DNA of 32,000 bases from Acaryochloris marina MBIC11017 (GTDB lineage Bacteria; Cyanobacteriota; Cyanobacteriia; Thermosynechococcales; Thermosynechococcaceae). The notes beneath the pieces are model-generated. The model had not been told where the DNA came from and made no database searches. It saw only the letters and a program-made list of their open reading frames with translations. The DNA lies in contig NC_009925.1 in NCBI RefSeq assembly GCF_000018105.1, positions 1,110,001 through 1,142,000 on the forward strand. The letters run 5' to 3'. The translations under genes and the position numbers were made by a program. Shown piece after piece: positions 24,166 through 32,000 of this stretch (position 1 is the first letter of the stretch; the number at the start of each line of letters is the position of its first letter).

Positions 24166-24279
24166 TAGACCTCTTGCATAATTCAACTAACGATGTGGTA
24201 GAAGACTTAAAATTCGAGTCAGATCGCGACATTTTTTGCGTAAGTAGCACATCATGAAACGAATATTGCAAGAGGTCTA
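24166..24279. mobile_element. MITE (114 bp) derived from the IS at 8880-9668
   Basis: TAGACCTCTTGCATAATT... at 24166 and ...GAATATTGCAAGAGGTCTA ending at 24279. The right end matches the IS end at 8880 in 32 of the first 33 nt. The left end matches the IS end at 9668 for the first 18 nt. Flanked by TT/TT. It begins 4 nt after the SNF2 stop codon. Confidence 0.8.
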
Positions 24280-24573
24280 TTGTCATATCCGTCAGATTTG
24301 AACGCTGTTATTTAAAGATTTTGTATTGAAATAATATGAATCAATAAAAATATTTCTTGCGTTTGTTAATTTTTAGGCGTGATCCCCATCACTGAATCGC
24401 CTTTATAGGGAAAACTAGGGTGGTTAATGTAAGAACTAAACGCTTTTCCCGAAGTAAAAAATCGCCGTTCCAATCTGTGTTTGGCGACCTCGGAAGATAC
24501 GCCACCAAGTTTCTACTAACATTATTGAGGTAGTGTCTATCAAATATTTCCTGTTGAGATTTCCAAGCTGTAG

Positions 24574-25995
24574 GTGCCCTTTATGATTACGGTAGGGCAG
24601 GGAATCGATAAGCCAGGAAATACAGACACTTCAGTCCCCAAAAAAGACCATAAACTCAGCTTTTGGCAGCTGTGGAATATGAGTTTTGGCTTTTTTGGCA
24701 TCCAGTTTGGCTGGGGCCTGCAGATGGCCAACACTAGCAGTATTTTTGAACATTTAGGCGCCCGCGTTCATCAACTTCCTTTGCTCTGGCTGGCCGCTCC
24801 CCTAACCGGACTCATCGTACAACCTATTATTGGGTACTTAAGTGACCATACCTGGGGACCGTTGGGGCGGCGGCGGCCTTATTTCCTGGTAGGTGCGATC
24901 GCAGGTTCCGTAGCACTCATCCTGATGCCCAATGCCCCCAGCTTATGGATGGCAGTTGGGTTGCTATGGATTCTCGATACTTCTGCAAACGTCAGCATGA
25001 CACCGTTTCGATCCTTTGTCGGAGATTTGCTGCCCGAAGAGCAACGTACCTTAGGTTTTACGATTCAAGGTATTTTTCACGGCTTGGCCGGGGTGATTGC
25101 CTCGGCTTTACCCTGGCTGCTACACCATGGGTTTGGGGTAATTGAATCCCAAGAGAACTTCCACACGGTGCCAATGGCCGTTAAGCTTTCTTTTTATATT
25201 GGCGCTTTAATTTTTCTGGGTTCAGTGGTTTGGACTGTTATTACGACGACTGAACTGCCCCCGGAAGAGTTTGAAGCAGCCCATCCACAAATGATTCAGC
25301 CCCATTCAAACGGTATGGTATCGGATATTGGTATCGCGTTACGAGAGATGCCTCTAACGATGCGCCAATTGGCTTGGGTGCAGTTCTGTAGTTGGTTTGG
25401 GATGTTTTGTGTGTTTTTGTATTTCCCACCTGCGATCGCACATAACATCTTCGGTGCGACTTCAGAAGGGACCTTACTCTACACCACAGGGATTGAATGG
25501 GCAGGATTATGTATTGCCATGTACAACGGCGTTTGCTGCCTGTTTTCCTTCATTTTGCCTAAATTAACCCAGCAAATTAGCCTTAAAAGAACCCATTCCC
25601 TATGTCTTATGAGTGGCGCCTTGGGGCTCTGTTCCTTGTTATGGATTCATAATCAATATGTTCTGCTACTCCCAATGATCGGGGTGGGAATTGCCTGGGC
25701 CAGTATGCTCTCTTTGCCCTACGCAATGTTGGTTAACGTCTTACCGGCTAGTAAAAGCGGTCTATACATGGGGATTTTTAACTTCTTCATCGTGTTACCA
25801 GAGATCGTGGCAGCCCTTGGCTTGGGATGGATAATGAGTCATATTTTTGCCGAAAATCGTCTAGCAGCAGTTATTTTGGGCGGTGGGTTTATGATGATTG
25901 CGGCCGTACTGACCCAGCGAGTGCAGACCCATCCAGAAACTGAGAACCCAGATTCAACTCAAAAGACTTTCGAGAGCTTAGTGAGCATGCATTAG
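24574..25995 (+). CDS. MFS transporter of the GPH/SLC45 (sucrose-H+ symporter-like) type
   Basis: 12-TM protein with FGFFGIQFGWGLQ, PLTGLIVQPIIGYLSDHTWGPLGRRRPYF (the RRRP(F/Y) loop typical of sucrose/SLC45 transporters). GTG start in the track, ATG at 24583. Confidence 0.85.
   Translation: MPFMITVGQGIDKPGNTDTSVPKKDHKLSFWQLWNMSFGFFGIQFGWGLQMANTSSIFEHLGARVHQLPLLWLAAPLTGLIVQPIIGYLSDHTWGPLGRRRPYFLVGAIAGSVALILMPNAPSLWMAVGLLWILDTSANVSMTPFRSFVGDLLPEEQRTLGFTIQGIFHGLAGVIASALPWLLHHGFGVIESQENFHTVPMAVKLSFYIGALIFLGSVVWTVITTTELPPEEFEAAHPQMIQPHSNGMVSDIGIALREMPLTMRQLAWVQFCSWFGMFCVFLYFPPAIAHNIFGATSEGTLLYTTGIEWAGLCIAMYNGVCCLFSFILPKLTQQISLKRTHSLCLMSGALGLCSLLWIHNQYVLLLPMIGVGIAWASMLSLPYAMLVNVLPASKSGLYMGIFNFFIVLPEIVAALGLGWIMSHIFAENRLAAVILGGGFMMIAAVLTQRVQTHPETENPDSTQKTFESLVSMH
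24895..24902. repeat. HIP1 palindrome GCGATCGC
   Basis: Exact octamer read in the sequence. Confidence 0.9.
25432..25439. repeat. HIP1 palindrome GCGATCGC
   Basis: Exact octamer read in the sequence. Confidence 0.9.
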
Positions 25996-26176
25996 TTGCT
26001 GTTGAGCCAAGGAACATTTAACAGCGCTTTATTCTCATTCTGAGTCCTCAATGACAACCCCCTTGTCTCCACTGGGCAAATATTAGCCAGTTTGTTGAGA
26101 TGGATACAATGTGACGCTTTTCCTATCTTTATGATGTCACCAATGGGCAATTTCACCTGACGTAGGGATTTCAACC

Positions 26177-27667
26177 ATGGCTGACTCATTGCTTCCTGGG
26201 GGTATCATTGCATTCCTAATCGCCACCCTGGGCATCGGCGTTTATGCGTCCAAACAAATTAAAGGAGACAGTGTTAACTTTTTAGTCGCAGGTCGAGGGC
26301 TAACGCTGCCCTTAGCAGCCGCCACACTAATGGCCCAATCTGTCGACTCAAATGCCACCCTGGGCAATACGGACCTGGCTTCAGAATTCGGATTCTGGGC
26401 AGGAGCTTCACTACCCCTGGGCTTAGCCCTTTGTCTCTTCTTGACCGCTCTGTTTTTCGCCAAACCAATGAATCGGATGGGGTTAATCACATTGCCCGAT
26501 TTCTATCGGGTGAAATATGGGCGGACCACCGAATGGGTAGCAGCCGTACTGATGGTCATTAGCTTCTCTTTCTTACTCGCAGGTAATTTAGTTGCAGGAG
26601 GATATCTTTTCCAAACCTTTTTAGGGATGTCCTACGCCATTGGGGTGTTGTTGCTTGCGGTCATCGTTTTGATCTACACCGCTAGTGGCGGCTTATTTGC
26701 CGTTGCCTATACTGATGCGATTCAAGTGCTGATTGCTTTAGTGGGATCACTGTGTCTCTTCGGTTATATCGGACTGAATTTCAGCTTCAATATTCCAGTG
26801 GGTACCGGTCCTTTAGCCTTAGCACAGATGACTAGCCCTGCATCAGGTTCCCTCGTCAATTGGGCGACGCTGTTAGCCCTGGGACTGGGAGATATTGTTG
26901 CCATTGACTTTATGGCTCGAATCTTTTCTGCAGAAAGTCCTGAAACGGCTCAAAGAGCTTGCCTGATTGGCTCTCTAGGTACCGTAGTGATTGGTGTTCC
27001 GTTCTCGATCATCGCTCTCTCTACACCTGAAATTTTGGCATCAGCTGGTGTTACGGCTGAAGGTCCTATCCTTTATGCGTTGTTGCAGAATGTTGTGCCT
27101 TCCTCTTTGGCTCTTTTAGTCATTGTGGCGATTTTATCGGCCTCTCTTTCAACTGCAGATGGCGCTATTTTGGGAACTTCTTCGGTGATCGCTCACAACA
27201 TCCTGGGCATTCGCCATAATCAGCCCAGTGCGAGTGGTGATCGACTTCTCGCTTTGACCCGCTCGATGGCCGTCGTCATCACTGCCATGGGAGTGTTTTT
27301 TGCTTTAAGAGTTCCCCAAACCGGGGTTTTACTCCTATTGGCGTTTGATCTGGGGTTTGCCGGATTGTTGGTTCCCTTGGCCGGGGGACTATTCTATTCA
27401 AAAGCAACGAAAGAAGGTGCATTAGCTTGCATTATTGTGGGTTCGTTGACTCGGTTGCTTTTATTCGCACTGATGCCTGTGACATTTGGCATTGATAATA
27501 CCCTTCTTTACATACCTAATAGTATTTTCACCGCTGATTTTGATGGCATTCCCACCCTAATCAGCCCTTTAATTGGATTATGCCTATTTTTAGTGATTTC
27601 TAAGTTAACCTATCGGCCCTTTCCTATTGTGGAACAGCCCGTTCAGCGCACCCTCCAGAAGATTTAA
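26177..27667 (+). CDS. sodium:solute symporter (SSF) family transporter
   Basis: 496 aa, about 13 TM segments. FLVAGRGL near the N-terminus, ..GGLFAVAYTDAIQ.., ..LSASLSTADGAILG.., typical SSF motifs. The substrate cannot be read from the sequence. Confidence 0.85.
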   Translation: MADSLLPGGIIAFLIATLGIGVYASKQIKGDSVNFLVAGRGLTLPLAAATLMAQSVDSNATLGNTDLASEFGFWAGASLPLGLALCLFLTALFFAKPMNRMGLITLPDFYRVKYGRTTEWVAAVLMVISFSFLLAGNLVAGGYLFQTFLGMSYAIGVLLLAVIVLIYTASGGLFAVAYTDAIQVLIALVGSLCLFGYIGLNFSFNIPVGTGPLALAQMTSPASGSLVNWATLLALGLGDIVAIDFMARIFSAESPETAQRACLIGSLGTVVIGVPFSIIALSTPEILASAGVTAEGPILYALLQNVVPSSLALLVIVAILSASLSTADGAILGTSSVIAHNILGIRHNQPSASGDRLLALTRSMAVVITAMGVFFALRVPQTGVLLLLAFDLGFAGLLVPLAGGLFYSKATKEGALACIIVGSLTRLLLFALMPVTFGIDNTLLYIPNSIFTADFDGIPTLISPLIGLCLFLVISKLTYRPFPIVEQPVQRTLQKI

Positions 27668-28325
27668 GCCTTGTCTCCTAGTTTAAAACCGCTGGAGTGA
27701 TGATTACGTTTGGTTTTGGCACAAGAAATCACTAAGAGCTAGCACGACTTACGATGGGAGTTTTAGACAGCCAGTCTATGTGCCAGCCGCCCCCTGCTTT
27801 ATCAGCTGAAGCAATAAAAAAATTTTGGCACTCTAGGTTTAGCAGTATTGTTAATGTGAATACAGACTGGTTATCTGCAGATGTTAATCAGTAAGTATAC
27901 GCAAGTCATCTATATAGAAAGAACTTGTTAAATATTCCAAGAATAATAATAAAAGCATATAAATAATAATATTATTCTTTTTCAATATACTTACCTACGA
28001 CCAATCTACACTTAATTTAATTAGCTCATTAATGCCTATACATAAATCTACAACCTTTAACCATAAAGGCTTAAACAGGATTCAGGATGAAAAACTGGGC
28101 TTTTTACATTGTTTTCTAGGGTATCTTAATCAATAGAATAAATCAGGGCAGTTTTAGAGTTTGAATAGACATCTCAACTTCCGTATTTCTCATGATGTTT
28201 GAATCTTTGATGTCAGTCATTATAAGGATATACAAGTTATACAGAAGTTCTACTACAGGCTTTTCTTAACAAGACAACGGACTTTTTGATCCAATTTATC
28301 GCCCTCATCACCACAAGATTAAAAA

Positions 28326-28658
28326 ATGAACTCCCCCCACATCGGTTTTTTAGCAGCTCTCATCACCTTTTCTGTCATCCCTGTTACTCCAGCAGAGGCC
28401 ATGCCTAATCAGGCAGATGAGATGGTTCAGACCACCGTCACCACTGATATATTACCTACCGTGATCATGGAGAATACGACGTTCGTTACAACTGCCCCAA
28501 TAGTAACGACGGCCCGTCAAGCATTAACACCTGTCGTTAACGATGGCCGAAAGGAAGCATGTTCGAGAGCTAGTTCATCTCAAGATGTGCAAGCTACTAT
28601 CAATCGTTATCGCACCATCACAACAGGGCGTGCTCAGGCAATCTACCAGGCCCAATAG
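28326..28658 (+). CDS. hypothetical secreted protein (110 aa, Thr/Val-rich)
   Basis: N-terminal signal-peptide-like FLAALITFSVIPVTPAEA. No recognisable family. Sits in an AT-rich orphan region. Confidence 0.45.
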   Translation: MNSPHIGFLAALITFSVIPVTPAEAMPNQADEMVQTTVTTDILPTVIMENTTFVTTAPIVTTARQALTPVVNDGRKEACSRASSSQDVQATINRYRTITTGRAQAIYQAQ

Positions 28659-28963
28659 CTATCCAATTTAGGTTTCTTGCTTGGGATCAGATTGAGCTAT
28701 CCTTTGTGACCAATTTAGATCAGGAAACCGAAAGAATCAAAATTTATGATGCTGATCAACCGTCAGTACATCATGAATATTCAACACCAACTATTGCAAA
28801 TTTACGATATTTTATCATTTGGCTTGTAGAAAAAATATCGTGATTGAACAACCTATGTGATTATGGCTAAGGGCGACACTAAGTTAAAAAAATTGTTGCG
28901 AACCTAGGGAATTGAATTTTTTAGATTGACACTATTCTCAATGAGATTGAGCTATTTAGCATC

Positions 28964-29224
28964 ATGAATGACAAAACGGGTGGGATTGATGAGATTTCAG
29001 TACTGCAAAAACAGTTGGCAATCAGCCTCAAATTTCATCATGGTAAGACACTCGAGCGAATTCCTTTAGAAGTTGCAGTACAGGTTATGGCTAGCGTTTG
29101 GGAGTCCTGTCATCCTGATGGCTTAGCCGAAAACCCCCATGATGCAGTCACTGCAGTTATTCCTAAAGATCAAATCCGCCAAGCTATTCACAAGGTTGAG
29201 TCATTCAAGCCCATAGAAAACTGA
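28964..29224 (+). CDS. hypothetical protein (86 aa)
   Basis: ORF only. No motifs recognised. Confidence 0.35.
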   Translation: MNDKTGGIDEISVLQKQLAISLKFHHGKTLERIPLEVAVQVMASVWESCHPDGLAENPHDAVTAVIPKDQIRQAIHKVESFKPIEN

Positions 29225-29234
29225 TTTAGCTGAG

Positions 29235-29681
29235 TCAATAGACGTGGACATAAGCTCCTGTCAGGAATTTTAGCCAAGAAATAAACGCTTGGCCGACTCG
29301 GTTAGCCGCTAGGTCACATCCATAAATCAAAATTTCAGCATTATCACTCAAACTACTTCGCCATTGGCGAATGTCGTCTGCATAAACCCATAGATTCATT
29401 TCACACAGCAAGGTACTTCCTAGCTGTAGCTGACCTGGTGCTCCTTGGCAAATCAAGTGGAGACTCGATAAAGTCTGAGACTGCTGTAATAGAGTTTGTA
29501 GTTGGGTAATACCATCCTGTTGACCATCCAGAATATGGACATCAATGCCAAGAAGGCGATTAGTGAGTAAATACTGATAGTTGTTGGCGGCTGCATCAAC
29601 CACCACGATGGATTGGGTGTGCTGGCCAGATTCTGCCAAGGTTTCCGCTGATCGATTTTCCGTAGCCATGAGTTGTGACAT
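29235..29681 (-). CDS. stand-alone DUF4347 domain protein (possible N-terminal stub of a giant surface protein)
   Basis: IVVVDAAANNYQYLL...IDVHILDGQQDGITQLQTLL.....LSSLHLICQGAPGQLQLGSTLL...NL..YADDIRQW...L...AEILIYGCDLAAN.VGQAFISWLKFLTGAYV matches the DUF4347 pattern normally found at the N-terminus of multi-kb cadherin/RTX-like proteins. Here the ORF stops right after the domain. Confidence 0.6.
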   Translation of the reverse strand: MSQLMATENRSAETLAESGQHTQSIVVVDAAANNYQYLLTNRLLGIDVHILDGQQDGITQLQTLLQQSQTLSSLHLICQGAPGQLQLGSTLLCEMNLWVYADDIRQWRSSLSDNAEILIYGCDLAANRVGQAFISWLKFLTGAYVHVY

Positions 29682-30318
29682 GGTCCTCCTCCAGGTTCAA
29701 CAAGTACCAAACACCAAGGGGAATAAATCAGGTGCTGTCAAGTTTGGCCATTTCTGTAGACGGTTCCGTTTGGATTAGTTCCCTAGTAAATGGAGGATTC
29801 CACAGCTCACCCTCTGACCGACTAGTCTATGCACCTGTGTACATGAACCTTACAGGCTCCATATACTTCCATACGTCTGTTATATAGGTTTGGATTTAAA
29901 TGGATATGCCCAATTGCCGTTGGATCGGCCAGGACACTCATCCTTCCAAGCAATAGAATCTTTGCCATCAATTAGAATTCTCTGGCCCCAAAAAGATCTA
30001 CCTGTTTCACTACGCTAGGGTAAGCCGTTGGAGTTAGCTACATTGCCACAATTTTCTAGTTAGTCGGGTGATAGCTACATCGAAAAATTAGCCTGAGAAT
30101 GAATTCAATCCTTCAAACTTCATATCAGTAATCATGAGGATAAGCACGTTCTTCAGGCAATAACAGAGGGGTTATTATTTCTCATCTGTTTAAATCTCTT
30201 GAACATCGAAAAAATATCGCTGTTTTGATGAGATGATACAAAATAATACATCGACAAACTCAAAATTCAACGTTTCAGCCTTGATTCAGAAGACGCTGTA
30301 TCGTAGATCTTTGGCTTT

Positions 30319-30960
30319 GTGCGGGTACTACTAGATAAAGAAGATCACCTCGCGAAGAACATGCCAGTTTATCAATCCCACTATGAAGAGTTGCTGGCAA
30401 CCTATAGTAATCATCACCATGCGGTGGAACTGCTTCGGCAGCACCGTCCTTACTTTGAGAAGATCCCTAGTATTCGTCGGTCTCGGGATAGTGTGATCAC
30501 CATCCCCCTGCCGGTGGTGCAAGTAAGGTGCCGGATCCCCCAATCTGAGCTAAAGTCCTCCGATAGCCCCTATGAACTCATTACACTCCCTTGCGATCTA
30601 GCACTGCTGATGTGTGATCCAGAGTGGAAAATAAAAACTGGGGTAGAAATCTTAGTCTTTATTCACCGTCCCCAAGAAGATTTTTCGCATTTGGTGGGCC
30701 GCTGGCGGCAAACCCAAGTTGCCTTGAGTCGAGGCTACACCTGGGAGATGCCCCAGCAGTTTCAACATATTTTCAATGAGGGGGCAGAGAAAATGTATCC
30801 CTTGTTTGTGCTGTTTGAAGAAACATCAGAACGCATTAAGCGAGGGCTTAAAGGGGCATTCTTGCCCTATGTGATTCAAAATGTGGATATTGCCGCCGAA
30901 GAACGCAGTGAGACCTCAGGAGTGGCGGCGACACCAGAAGCTAAACCTGATGTCGAGTAA
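30319..30960 (+). CDS. hypothetical protein (likely start ATG 30361)
   Basis: 213-aa ORF (GTG start in the track). No family recognised. Its 3' end overlaps the convergent DUF255 gene by 20 nt. Confidence 0.5.
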   Translation: MRVLLDKEDHLAKNMPVYQSHYEELLATYSNHHHAVELLRQHRPYFEKIPSIRRSRDSVITIPLPVVQVRCRIPQSELKSSDSPYELITLPCDLALLMCDPEWKIKTGVEILVFIHRPQEDFSHLVGRWRQTQVALSRGYTWEMPQQFQHIFNEGAEKMYPLFVLFEETSERIKRGLKGAFLPYVIQNVDIAAEERSETSGVAATPEAKPDVE

Positions 30961-32000
30961 GGCTGTCTGAAATTTGCTGGTGGAGTTCTGCCATTGTCAT
31001 GGCCGGTTCTAGGCATCTGAATCCTTGGCAAACCAAGCCTATGGCGCCGGTCGGAACTTCAGAGGATGGACTGTACACTGCGGTGGGCAAATAGGTTGAC
31101 GCTAAGTCTGCCGATGTCCGAATGGACGTGTGATGGAAATACCAGTCCAAAGCGACAAATAGGCTAGGGCAGGCCTGGGTTGAGGAACCCATGACTTGTC
31201 CAAAGGTTTGCAGGGCTTGTTCTGCTTGGCTGAGATACTCGGTGCGATCGCACACCAAACTCAGGCGTATCAAATTTGCGATCGCAACCCCATTGGCCGC
31301 AGGCGTGGCATTATCCAGCCAGCTCCGCTCCCGAATCAGTAGTTCTTCAGACATTTCACTGCCCGTATTAAAGTAACCACCCCCTTCGACGGCCCACAAA
31401 TGCTCATCAAACTCAGCCTGTGTGGTTTGTGCTGCTTCCAGCCAACGACTGGCTTGATCCACGGCCAGGCTTTGACTAGCCTGATGGAGATCCAGAAACG
31501 CCTTGATCAAAAGTGCATAGTCCTCTGATTGAGCGATCACGGCAATTTCGCCATCATAATTAACGCGGTGTAGCCGTCCCTCGGACCATTGCTGATCAAG
31601 AATAAATCTGGCAGCTTTCGTGGCTAATGCTAGATAGTCAGGCTGTTGAAATACTGCTGCGGCCCGAGCCAAGCCTGAAATCATCAAGCTATTCCAGGCC
31701 ACAATCATTTTGGTGTCGGTGACGGGAGGAATACGACCAGGCCAAGGATGGGTTTTAGCCACCTGGTTATTGGTGGCAGGTGGAAAGGTCGTCAAGGATT
31801 CGGGCCGTTCGCCATATCGAACCTGAAAGAGTTTCCGCAAGGCTTCTTCTACTGTTTCGCTGATCACACCCGGTTGCTGGCGCTGCAGTACCGTCAGCCC
31901 GTCTTCGAAGTTGCCCTGAGCACTCAGATTAAAAATCTCTGCCATGGCAGCATATTCTTCTGTGGTCAGCAGATGGGTCAACTCCGAGTCAGTCCAGGTA
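30941..32000 (-). CDS. thioredoxin-domain (DUF255/YyaL-like) protein, C-terminal (alpha/alpha)6-barrel part; N-terminus outside the window
   Basis: ..AWNSLMISGLARAAAVF...YLALATKAARFILDQQW.EGRLHRVNYDGE....EDYALLIKAFLDLH......GGGYFNT......LIRERSWLDNATPAANGVAIANLIRL.. is typical of YyaL/SSP411-type proteins. The frame stays open upstream of the track ATG (31981) to the window edge. Confidence 0.85.
   Translation of the reverse strand, partial: TWTDSELTHLLTTEEYAAMAEIFNLSAQGNFEDGLTVLQRQQPGVISETVEEALRKLFQVRYGERPESLTTFPPATNNQVAKTHPWPGRIPPVTDTKMIVAWNSLMISGLARAAAVFQQPDYLALATKAARFILDQQWSEGRLHRVNYDGEIAVIAQSEDYALLIKAFLDLHQASQSLAVDQASRWLEAAQTTQAEFDEHLWAVEGGGYFNTGSEMSEELLIRERSWLDNATPAANGVAIANLIRLSLVCDRTEYLSQAEQALQTFGQVMGSSTQACPSLFVALDWYFHHTSIRTSADLASTYLPTAVYSPSSEVPTGAIGLVCQGFRCLEPAMTMAELHQQISDSLTRHQV
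31244..31251. repeat. HIP1 palindrome GCGATCGC
   Basis: Exact octamer read in the sequence. Confidence 0.9.
31278..31285. repeat. HIP1 palindrome GCGATCGC
   Basis: Exact octamer read in the sequence. Confidence 0.9.

Noticed and set aside
28689-28955. 12-nt direct repeat AGATTGAGCTAT (28689 and 28944); also GAAAAAATATCG at about 28.83 kb and about 30.21 kb
   Set aside because: In a 32-kb window, tens of exact 12-mer coincidences are expected by chance, especially in AT-rich DNA. No supporting symmetry or positional logic was seen beyond one copy lying upstream of ORF 28964.
30941-30960. 20-nt 3'-end overlap of convergent genes
   Set aside because: It is real in the sequence but common in compact genomes, and there is no evidence of regulatory significance.
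1-32000. CRISPR arrays, tRNA or rRNA genes, group I/II intron cores, reverse transcriptase or retron elements
   Set aside because: I scanned for regularly spaced direct repeats, T-arm GGTTCGAATCC-like motifs (only the tmRNA T-arm was found), intron domain V-like sequences and RT motifs. None was seen.

Overview
Cyanobacterial-type chromosomal segment. Support: eight HIP1 GCGATCGC palindromes, a one-piece tmRNA with an ANNIV-type tag, and the housekeeping genes aroC, hrcA, hup, cdsA, coaX and bcp. No rRNA, tRNA or CRISPR array was seen. Layout: (i) 1-3.7 kb holds aroC (partial), a small ORF, hrcA plus a rhodanese gene, a hicB-like antitoxin with a hicA stub, and ssrA. (ii) 3.7-11.5 kb is an accessory tract directly downstream of ssrA. 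It holds a P4-type integrase relic, an XhlA-like protein, a Tat-lipoprotein intradiol dioxygenase, a minus-strand trio (M48 peptidase, very AT-rich polytopic membrane protein, 152-aa unknown), a small frameshifted DDE insertion sequence, and about 1.9 kb of ORF-poor DNA with several plus-strand terminator hairpins. (iii) 11.5-27.7 kb is core-like. It holds an MshEN-TM-M23 peptidase fusion, hup, cdsA, a STAS / REC-PP2C / RsbW-like kinase partner-switching trio, coaX, a Nudix gene, bcp, a GNAT gene, a 1409-aa SNF2 helicase followed by a 114-bp MITE derived from the IS at 8.9 kb, an SLC45/sucrose-type MFS transporter and an SSF symporter. (iv) 27.7-30.3 kb is a second AT-rich islet of orphan ORFs including a stand-alone DUF4347 stub. 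(v) The window ends in a DUF255/thioredoxin-domain gene (partial). I could not identify a clear-cut novel multi-gene system. The best candidates for follow-up are the predicted c-di-GMP-binding MshEN domain fused across a membrane to an M23 peptidase, the M48 / degenerate-CPBP-like / unknown trio on the decayed ssrA island, the IS-MITE pair, and the structured ORF-free tract at 9.7-11.5 kb. All family calls come from motif recognition by eye and need HMM or BLAST confirmation.
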